The notes under the pieces are model-generated. The model had not been told where the DNA came from, made no database searches, and saw only the letters and a program-made list of their open reading frames with translations. Both the position numbers and the translations under genes were made by a program. A stretch of DNA of 64,000 bases from Perkinsus chesapeaki ATCC PRA-425 (Eukaryota > Protista > Perkinsozoa), in contig JAAPAO010000015.1 of the NCBI GenBank assembly GCA_013115145.1, forward strand, positions 1 through 64,000, given 5' to 3'. This document shows positions 10,824-20,626 of the stretch, in pieces; within the stretch, counting starts at the first letter, position 1; the number at the start of each line of letters is the position of its first letter.

Positions 10824-11837
10824 TTAGTATCGTAGATGATATGAAATGGCCTTTGCTACTGCCGCATCAGCATCAACAAGCCCGAACGGGAGCGTGACTT
10901 TCCCAGTAGCATCCTTGAGGCCCTTCTTGGCGGTATCCTTGAGAATGTTCTTCACATCACGAGAAGACAGACCGGGTGCAATACTGTAGAGCATCGCAGC
11001 AACACCAGCGATAATTGACGCCGCTGAAGATGTTCCTTCACCTTCCGAATACGTCTTATCCCTAACCGTAGTAACGATGCCAACGCCTGGTGCAGCGATG
11101 TCAACATAGTTAGCGAAACTCGAGAGCTCGGACAACCTCATCTTCACCTGCTCGGTTGCAGCGACACATAGCATTCCATTAAGTTCTGTAGTCAGAGCAC
11201 AAGGGAACCTTTTGTTGATGGTGGTGTTGCTCCCTGTATTCCCAGCAGTGACTATCATAAGTATGCCCGCCTTGTCAGCTTCCCTGAGCTTTTCAACGAA
11301 CAACGGCTTATCTTTTTCGCCTGAGAATGCCATGATTAGTATTTTGATATCTTTTCCTTCCGTGTTGCGGATGGCGTAGTCGACAGCTAGAGACTCAGTC
11401 TTTTCCCTGAAATGTATACCAACAGAAATGGGCATAATGTTTACAAAATCCATAACACCGGCTGAACCGACAGAGTTGTTGATCTTGGCACCAAGGACAC
11501 CAGCCATAGAGGTACCATGCCCAGTCTGATCATCAGTACTACTATTGCGCATGACCACATTGTAGCCCTCGACAAGGTTACCAACTAGATCGGGGTGGTC
11601 CTTCTCCACCCCTGAGTCTACGAGTCCCACAGTAACTCTGTGTCTCTCCACTCTGGTTGATGTCAAGCGCCTCCAAGCACTTGGAACATTTATTGCTTCC
11701 ATATATGATGCCTGCTTCGAGTATAAAGGGTCGTTGACAGGCGGTACACCCCCAGCATAAGATAGACTTTCGTTGGCGGACCTGATCGCCACTGACGCGG
11801 TGATTGAGAGGGAGAGTTTGTGAAGCTTTTGCCACAT
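10824..11837 (-). CDS. Subtilisin-like S8 protein E with Ser nucleophile (GTSSAAS), no evident prodomain
   Basis: Intact ORF with VDSG, GHGT and AGN; the nucleophile codon at 11028-11030 is TCT. The ATG at 11837 aligns with the copy B start. Confidence 0.9.
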   Translation of the reverse strand: MWQKLHKLSLSITASVAIRSANESLSYAGGVPPVNDPLYSKQASYMEAINVPSAWRRLTSTRVERHRVTVGLVDSGVEKDHPDLVGNLVEGYNVVMRNSSTDDQTGHGTSMAGVLGAKINNSVGSAGVMDFVNIMPISVGIHFREKTESLAVDYAIRNTEGKDIKILIMAFSGEKDKPLFVEKLREADKAGILMIVTAGNTGSNTTINKRFPCALTTELNGMLCVAATEQVKMRLSELSSFANYVDIAAPGVGIVTTVRDKTYSEGEGTSSAASIIAGVAAMLYSIAPGLSSRDVKNILKDTAKKGLKDATGKVTLPFGLVDADAAVAKAISYHLRY

Positions 11838-12899
11838 ACAAGAAGTAAAATATGAAGGCAATGGCGTTAGCGACTGGCGCGTTAAAATGCGGTAGGTCTC
11901 TCCGTTGCGGCAATTGTAGATTATGCGAACTGTTATGAGGCCTTATTCGTGACGCTCCTTGCGCTCCATGCGTCATGCTTCCTATTTGATCTATTTAAGC
12001 ATGGCCCGTTCATTCCCCAAACTCAAGGCCTGAACCGCGCTCTCATTTTATGGGTAATGGGTGATGTATATGAACAATGTTCTTGTCGAACGGAATCATG
12101 TCGCATCCTTTCGAAGGATGCGCAAGTGGCGCAGTGCAACCGTTCCACATGAGAGGTTGAAGGATGTTGAGACTAAGTGATACTTCACACGAGTTGGCAA
12201 GTCGATCGGGTGGAAATCGGCGTACTTGAGAGATGATCTCCTGCAGATCGATGCCGTTGCTGCACTGAACTTCAGTAGCTGAAGATCATCAGCATGGAGT
12301 GAGTTTAAATAGTTGGGTATCTCTTCTGGGGAAGAAGTACTACTGGCGCGGCGCCACAGATGAGTCATTGTGAGTACAATTTGTCCCACTTGGCAACGGC
12401 CCTCAGCAGAATACTACTAGTTGAGATTATCAACTGCAGAGACTGTGCCGCACAAAAAACTGTAGTCTCGTAGTCACGCCGCGGTACCATCGGAGAGTGA
12501 GAATCCCAAACGGGATAGTAGTGAACATGAAAATGAGAAACTTGCGATTGGTAAACCTCATATCGCTGCACTCGGTGTGCTTGTGTGTGTGTGATTATAG
12601 TCCAACGCCAAAAATGGCTTGGTTAGACTACCTCTTCTATCTGCAACTGCCGGGAGAGCTTTAATGCCCATACTGTTTCGGTGTCATAGCACCGCTCGCA
12701 TATCATCCCAAAGCTCCTATTGCTAGAAGGTCGCAGTGATTTGGTGACAGAAGCACCCACTAGAAGCAACTCAGTCGAAACGAAGTAAACGGTACACAGC
12801 AATCAGTCTCGAACTGGTATGCATGTGTGGTACTAGCTAGACTCGCTATGTATGTTTACGACGCCTGATAGCATCTAACTGCTTCGTTGCGTGAAGGCC

Positions 12900-13510
12900 C
12901 TGATCCCGCTGAGCTCTGAAGTCAAAAGCTGAGTGAGAAGTATATACCGCTCGTAGATGTGGTTGAAGACATCTCGGCGGTCGGAATACTATATTTCGGG
13001 TTCCAATTTGTGACAAATTGTACGCTCAGCTTGCGGAGCAAAACCTACCAAAATGCATAGCTCCCCGAAGGGGGCCAAGATGTGCTGGAAGTTGTGTTCG
13101 AGTGTGACCCAGATATGGAGGTCTATATCGAACCAGTCCAACTTAGGGCCGGCGACTGTAATCTGAGTGTAGTGGAGCCTCCACCGTGGAGGCAGCTCTG
13201 AACTTGGTACAAATGAACCAGAGACCCTGGTCCACAATCATCTTTATAAGGGATCATGCGCACTGCTTCCGCATAACAAAAGGTTATGCAGCTGGGCAAG
13301 GCAGGTATGCTGGCCATCCTGGACAGCGGAGTTGACACAATCCATCACGACAACACTCAATCTTGTAACACTACGTATAACACCTATTTTTATGGGTGCC
13401 CTTTGTGCCCAATAGCCGGAGGCTCCGGCCCGGAGCCAAGATCAATAATAGCCTCGGAAGTCATGATACTACTGATGTGAAACTAACGATACTGCAAATG
13501 GTGCGGGTAT
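12900..13510 (+). pseudogene. Degraded prepro-subtilisin F (paralogue of copy D)
   Basis: Fragments DVVEDISAVGI...CDPDMEVYIEP, LAILDSGVDTIH and GAKINNSLG...VKLTILQMV match copy D; stops and frameshifts are present and the C-terminal half is absent. Confidence 0.75.
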
Positions 13511-13830
13511 TGCTTATTTGGTATAGCACTCAAGCTCTAAGCCGTCGAACATGGCGCGACGTTCTTTTTAAAATATTATGGTCTTATTGCCACTAGACTA
13601 AGGCCGAACTATATAGGTTCCTGTACTGTGAGACTACTCCGCCACGAAGCGTTTCATCTCACAGCTGCCAGCGCTCGCTTCACGGCCAGTCACCTGACCT
13701 TCAAATACTTCTCAATCGGCATCATGTCGCATAACGGGCCCTGCGTTCTTGCATTACTGACTCAATTGACATTGAGGTGGCCAGTGGAGAGAAAAATAGC
13801 GATTCTTTCTTTCATCCTATTTTTCTTTCC

Positions 13831-13909
13831 GAAAAATACGAAGAATACGAAAAACACGAAGAATACGAAAAATCTGAGAAATAAGGAAAAATACGAAAAA
13901 TAAGGAAAA
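13831..13909. repeat. 9-10 bp tandem repeat (GAARAATAC/GAAAAATAAG), ~8 units
   Basis: Read directly from the sequence. Confidence 0.8.
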
Positions 13910-13963
13910 ATAGAAGAATCATGGGAATTCTGCTGAAATGGAATTGAAGACTTCATCGATGCG

Positions 13964-14000
13964 CATAATTTATGACTTGAATTTGAAGTCATAAATTATG
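13964..14000. repeat. Perfect 15-bp inverted repeat with 7-nt loop
   Basis: CATAATTTATGACTT-gaatttg-AAGTCATAAATTATG. Confidence 0.85.
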
Positions 14001-14771
14001 GGTTGATCTCTGGTAGGGTCATAGCAAAGCTAGCTATTTTTATGGTTTCTTCTCAACCTCATGAATAGTAGATTCGTGCCGAGCATTATAAGAGTATTGC
14101 GCTATTTGTGAGAGCATTCCTACGTGCTATGCCTTCTGTTTCCGGAGTGGCTATTTTTCCTATTTTTGCGAGGAAAAAAAGACATCCTGCAAACTCCTTT
14201 GCGACACGCAACTCAACAGCAGTTGTGGGGGAAAGATGGTTGGGTAGATTCATTAAGTAGAGACACTTTGCCAGAGAAGAGGAGATTGGTCAACATCGCA
14301 GTGCTTGTGGGAGAATAAGTTTATCACCGATATTCTCTCGCAAGGACTAATCACTGTGAGTAACACATGATGTGCCATCACAGTGCTCCTCCACTCGGCA
14401 TTGAAAGAAAAAAATTCATAGTCAAGTAGTATGATTCACTGATGCACTGCTTGCTTGGGGTCTAGCTAAGCTGCAGTACCTTCGCGCACACACGCTTGTT
14501 GTGTGCGTTGTCTACCGTTTTGTCGCTTGGTCGTTTAAAGGTCACTTCTGCGCCGCAGAGTTCGGCTTCCGGAAGAAAGAATGAAAAACCGGCCACCCAG
14601 CTCATTGCTGACCAGCGTATCACGTGCAGTATTCAGTGTGCCATTTCCAGTCGCTCACTTTTATTTATTGTTATTTCGTTTACCGACGCGGACCGTATCC
14701 AACGTATGCAGTACTTCTCGGGTATTGCTGTTCGTAACAACACAACAGTACTGGTGGAGAGGCAATGTCAA

Positions 14772-16019
14772 TTAGTCTGGTGTGTGCTTCGATCGGGGCT
14801 CTTCATCCGAGGTGACAAAATTACGAAAGGACTAAATTGGCGATTTTTATATTTTAAAAAGCAGATTGATACTTACGGTACGAACAGTAGAGAATAAAGG
14901 CTTGAACCACGATAGGCCAGTGAAGACAGATATTGGGAGGACAGTAGGAGGATAATAGTAGGCGTAGGTGTAGGCATTATAGGGATCCCCTTCAATTGTA
15001 TAAAATGCTGAAAGGGTAAATATAGGATAGCGAAGGGATGTTGCTGCTGCTGGTTACCTTCATGAAATCCTACGCATTGGAAACCGAGCTTCTCGTACAT
15101 CCTAATAGCAGTTTTATTATAGTCGATAACGTGAAGGAACATCGCCCCACAATCAGGGTGATGTTGCTTCACCTGATAAATAAATAATACCAACATTCTC
15201 CCTTTGGAACCCTACGTCCTCCAAAGCTCTCAAGACCAGCTCCGAGGCCAGGCCTCGCCCTCGAACCTCATCCACAGTGCCGAGGGTAAGCATGTATGCC
15301 AATGACTGCTCGCGAGATCGCATTGTCGAAAAGAAGTCGGGACTGATGCGAAGCTGCTGATAAGTCAGATCGATGAAGGGGGTGCCTACTTATGGCGCAT
15401 AACCTCCAAGAACACTTCAGGATCTTCCGTCTCTGCAGTTCGCCCGGTTGAAACCGTTATGATACCAAGAATTACCTATACAGGGATATGCAGCCCTAGT
15501 CAGACCTCAGTGGGCTCTACATCCTCTTCGCTAGTTGGTGAGGTAGATTCGGTCGGTCCCCGCGAGACTCCAGCGGCGGCGGCCAGCGAATAGCAATCAC
15601 CGTTAGTGGCTGCTTTAAAAAAGCCTTGGTCGTAGTGTACCGGAAACCATTCGTTGTGCAGCTGTTCGACCTGATGGAAGCACTCAGTACCAGACTCCAG
15701 GTGCCCGAGTCCTGCTTCCCTTCACCTACCTCATCATAATCGTCTGGCTTCAATTGACGGAAGATAAGGTCGTCGATTCTCATACGGGAGATATTGATCC
15801 TGTCACTTAAATGAGTCTACAAAGCTTGGCTCGGTATTATTACTTCCCGGACTGCACTAGATGATGTACCCGAGCTGTTAGTGGTGGCTTGTCGAACGTC
15901 GAAGGTATTGCTGATGAGGAGGAAGGTGCTCCGCGCTCCGGTTCTTCTTTCTCCTGTTGATGGTCCCTATGATGGTGATGCCTCTGATGGCCTTCCTCTG
16001 GGGGCCTTTCTCTGTACAT
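14772..16019 (-). CDS. NAA60: N-alpha-acetyltransferase 60-like GNAT (multi-exon; start approximate)
   Basis: Exons give EWFPVHYDQGFF, YILTLGTVDEVRGRGLAS, CGAMFLHVIDYNKTAIRMYEKLGF and FYTIEGDPYNAYTY, matching NAA60 motifs; the C-terminus LSWFKPLFSTVRTSFRNFV looks amphipathic. Confidence 0.8.
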
Positions 16020-16096
16020 GGCCTTCGTGTCGACCATTGGTGGTGCAAACATGTAAACTCCTTCCCAATAAAAAGTACCTTTCGTTTTCACCGACA

Positions 16097-16156
16097 AATC
16101 CGAAACTCCGAAGAGCAACACCAAACAATCCGAAACTCCGAAGAGCAACACCAAAC
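16097..16156. repeat. Perfect 30-bp tandem duplication (2 copies)
   Basis: AATCCGAAACTCCGAAGAGCAACACCAAAC x2, lying between the ARFRP1 stop and the NAA60 start. Confidence 0.9.
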
Positions 16157-16242
16157 CGCGGAAATCGCTTCTTTGAGTGTTGACCCATTTCTACTACTTT
16201 TGTTGGGAATGCGCAACACCGGCTGTTTCTGTGAAACTTATC

Positions 16243-17083
16243 TTATTCACCTTCATTTTTATTATTAACATACTTTCTCGCTTCCCGGAGTACCCAATGC
16301 ATCGCCTCATCGATACCCTCACTGAGGACGAAATGCCTTCCGGCGCCACTTTGCCTTTGTATTACTTTTTTAAAGCGCTAACTGAGAACACCTTCATCGG
16401 TCTGTCTACTCGTTCTGTGATGTCTAATATATCTTCCACCTGCTCCACTATACCCTCATTCCCTCCACTCTTTACTACCTCACTAGCTGGTAATGCGTTC
16501 GGCAAGTCGTTTTTGTTACACAGGAGCGCGAGCGGCTTCCCAGCTAACCTCCGATCAGATAGCACCTGTGGCACCGGTTATCCTCTCCATCAAGGCACAC
16601 TATTGCCTGATTCAAAGCTGTTGTGACATCGGCACGCAGCCTTTTCTCGTCTGACGAGTCAACCACGAAAATGATACCGTTGCATTCCTGATAATAATAC
16701 ATTATCTATCTCATCTTCATGGCTCCACCTCGTAATAGCTGCTCCAAAGATCCCTAAGAGCTATCTGTCCACCAACATCCCAAAACACAGCATCAACACC
16801 GTCCATGGTTATTCGACCGACTAAGCCAGAGCTCACTACTTTCTGACACCTCTAGCTTCCCCTCACCGTTGAGCCCGACAGTCGGTGGTATCCTATCTGG
16901 ATCCATTCCTTTTCCTGTGTTATTTCGCTTCAATTGTTCCAACGTCGTCGTCTTCCCTATAGAAATGCTCTAACAGCTATTGCTTCATTATTTTCTACCT
17001 GCATTATCCACTCCCACTATTATGAGTCTCCGTTCCTCGCGCTCAGTAAGCCATCGGTAAAAACCAGTTATTAAAGAGAACAT
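16243..17083 (-). CDS. ARFRP1: ADP-ribosylation factor-related protein 1 (Arf-family GTPase, multi-exon)
   Basis: MFSLITGFYRWLTEREERRLIIVGVDNAGKTT, PTVGLN, FWDVGGQ, CNKND and FSVSAL motifs; the N-terminus is characteristic of ARFRP1/Arl3. Confidence 0.88.
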
Positions 17084-17246
17084 CAGCAGATGCTCGTCAG
17101 GGTTACTGGACAACTCAACATACCAGATATAAAAAATGAACGCTTTTTGATACTGATAATGATGCGGTCGATCTAGAGAAACACACTCCGACCTTCTACG
17201 TAAAAATTTGACCAGGTCACAAATCATGCCTCATTGGGAAGCATCC

Positions 17247-20019
17247 TTAAAGCTTGGATGGGGCCCGCTGGCGACGAGCCTCCTTCTCCTTCTTCATCCA
17301 GAAGTCTGATAACTTCATATTAGCTTCAACACATTCCTCTAATAGTCGGCTCGGCTCGCAGTACCTATCGGAGATACCACAACTTCAGAAGGCCTCAGTG
17401 GCTACTTAGGCTTGCGATAGTTTTTATTTTTAGCGCATCGCTCCGCCGCCTGGTTGTCGTAGAAACGTAGCCGTTCTAAGAGGTACTTGAGCCCGATGTA
17501 GTTGTCTGCCCAATGCATAGGACCGCCCTATATCGGTGATGGAAGTCGGAGCGGTAGTAATGATACAGGGAAACTACCTTGACCGGAGGGAAGCCATAGC
17601 CGTATATCCAAACGATGTCAACATCACTGGGACGTTGAGCCATGCCTTCCTCTAGGATCTGATTAAAATGCCGATCATGGGAATCGACCCAGGGGCCTTT
17701 CGATTACCTTGAAACCCTCGTTAACAAGAGGGAAAAGCATTCTCTCGAGCATCTCCTTATCATCTATCTGTCTTGGCGTGACACCTAACTCCACGCGTCA
17801 TCCCATTAATCGCAGTCCATACCGACCTTTTCTCTTCTGAATCTCCTTGACCCCCTCCAAGACCTCCTTATCGAGCTTCTTTTCACCCCGACCCTTACCG
17901 TAGACGTATATGCCTACCAAACTGCATGAGCTTACTTCACAACGGTCATCTTACCCTTTCCAGCTTTCTGACCAAAGCGGCCATTGTCGCACAGCCAATC
18001 GGTGAGGTCATGAGGACCGATAGCAACGGCGGTTTCAAGCTTCATGTTACCAGCCATCTTCCTGACACGATTAAACAATAGAGCCGTATGAGCACACATG
18101 CACTTACCTCGCCCTCCAGAAGAGATCCTGGCCAACCAGATCAGACATCGACAGCGGTCCCATGGCCATACCGAACCCAGTCGCAATGGCGTCGAATTTA
18201 GACAAGTCACCGCCTGGGAAGAAAAGATCCACCATCTTCTTCGACACCGCGCCGACCTACCCTCTTCGACCATCTGACGGACTTCAGCGCCATATGGACC
18301 CAACATTCTATTCCCAACAAAACCGTCACAGTTACCGACCAGAACGGCAACCTGTGAGGGTAAGCCTGGCCACCTATACCTCTGCCAAGCTTTACCTTGT
18401 TAATGAGCTTGCCCATGGCCATCACCGTCGCTATGGTCACGTCTGAGGCCTCCTTCGTTCGAATATTCTCCAGGAGCTTCATAACATTGGCTGGCGAGAA
18501 GAAGTGCCTAAGGTACACATGAAGTTTCATCGCTACTAATGTTTCCTTACGTTCCCACGACATTCTTGGCCCTATTTGGGACAGAGGCCGCAATGGCGTC
18601 AATGTCCAAGCTGGAGGTGTTGGTACAAAGGAGAGCATCTGGCTTGGCAACCTGAGCATTTAACATGACCAACCGAGGGGATAGGCCTTGGACCTACCTT
18701 GTCAAGCTGCTTGAAGATATCTTGCTTGAGCTTAAGATTCTCGAACACAGCTTCAATGATGATGTCACAGTCGGCGAAGTCGGTGTACTCCAAAGTAGGT
18801 TTGATAAGCTTTAGCCTCTTCATGGCCTCCTCGGGCTTCATGCTCTTCCTTGCCACACTGGTCTCGTAGTTCTTCTTTATCAGGCCCATTCCCTTTACTA
18901 AAAACTCTTGCTTAGCATCCAATAGCACCACTTTTATGCCCTGAAAATGATACTCAAGACTAAACCATCCGAGAACATCCTTACCTTTGCCGCAAAGCAC
19001 ATGGCAATTCCACCGCCCATCAGCCCAGCACCAACAATACCGACCTTTTTGATCGGCAAAGGCTTGGCCCTGACACCGGGGACCTTATTGGCCAGTCGCT
19101 CAGCGAAGAACAGATGCCTAAGGGCTCCGGACTCCTTAGAGTAGAGCAGCTTGTCGAACTCCTGCTGCTCAACCCGACAGCCTTTCTGGAAGTCAGCACC
19201 GCTCTCCACTGCGGCCTTCACGCACCGACCGATCGCCTCCGGGGCAATCTGTTGCTTACGGAAGCGATCGATTTGGTTGACACCCATCTCGATGGCACCA
19301 CCGACGATCATCACTTTATCAGCGGTAGAGCACACCATTTCACTCGTCCTCCTCACAGGCTTCGACAATGCCATGGCAGCAGCGGCGTCGATGAGCTTAT
19401 CAGCAGGAACGATCTCATCAATCATCCTCTGACGCTTGCCAACAGGAGCAGGAATGGGCTGACCGGCCAACATGGTCTGTAAAGCGACCTGTACCCCAGC
19501 TAACCTCGGCAATCTCTGGGTGCCTTGGCCACCAGGTAACAGGCCTAGGTTGACTTCAGGAAGACCTATCTTGGCGGTAGGGACAGCTATACGGTAGTGG
19601 CTGGCCAAGGCTACTTCAAAGCCGCCGCCTAAAGCCATACCGTTGATAGCAGCCACAACAGGCTTGGTAGAGCTGTCGATGGTGTTCATAACAATGTGGA
19701 TACCGGAAGACATATCGACCTTATTGCCACCAGCTCTCCGAATGTGGTACTCGAACTCCATGATCTCAGCGCCGCCAGAGAAGAACTTGCCTTCACCGGT
19801 AATGACAATTCCCTTTACTGAGGGGTTGGCCTGGAGAATCTTCATATTCTGAACCAAGCTCTTGCAGTGAGCAGAGCTTAGAGAGTTGACGGGAGGGTTG
19901 CGAAGGGTAAGGACAGCAACACCATCTTGACGAATGTAGATGGAGGTAGACATGGTTTGGGTAATGATGCTACTGAAGACAGGATTGAGACGGTTAAGTT
20001 GAACAACCAAAGTTGCCAT
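17247..20019 (-). CDS. Peroxisomal multifunctional enzyme (enoyl-CoA hydratase + 3-hydroxyacyl-CoA dehydrogenase), C-terminal PTS1
   Basis: Crotonase motifs ([29 protein letters not shown]), Rossmann [11 protein letters not shown] and [11 protein letters not shown]; the last exon ends RRQRAPSKL*. The start is either 20019 or 19953. Confidence 0.9.
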
Positions 20020-20626
20020 TGAAGCACCTATATAGATATAATGCATGTGTAGTTGGTCGAGATAACAAAGGTCTGACTAAGCGAACATTAAAGTAACGCA
20101 GGGTAGTAGGCTTCGCGAGCCCTACAGAAGTATTACTCGATAAGCGCCACGAGCGAGACGATAAGGAGTAAGTAGAGGTAAGGGAGTAAGGTATGAAAGT
20201 TACGTACTGGAACGAACCGCGTATAGATAAAACATAATGGAGGCAGGAATGGCTTTGATATACATGCTAATTGATTGTATATAGAATCCATACAGGCACG
20301 GTTATCTGTTTGATAAGATTCGGGTAATCCACCGACGTCTTAAGAGCCGTCTTCCGGTGGGCAATCTTGCTCAATCTTGAGAATCTTGCATTTCCTCAAC
20401 GGTTCCTGACTTTATTTTTGCCGCGTAGCCCCTAGCGCTACACCTTTTTAAGGCACACTTTAGTGCTAGCGAATGTCCAGGTATTATTACTAAAGTTACC
20501 TTCCGGTTGACGTCGGTCATGAGTCTCGTATTGTTTAGGATTCAAAATAGGTTGATTTGGCAAAGATTTGTTATTAGTTGACGTTGTTGTATATCTTTAT
20601 TCCTCCTCCTTCATAACGTACACCCA

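Noticed and set aside
16097-16156. 30-bp direct repeat considered as CRISPR-like
   Set aside because: Two contiguous copies with no spacer, no cas genes and a eukaryotic context.
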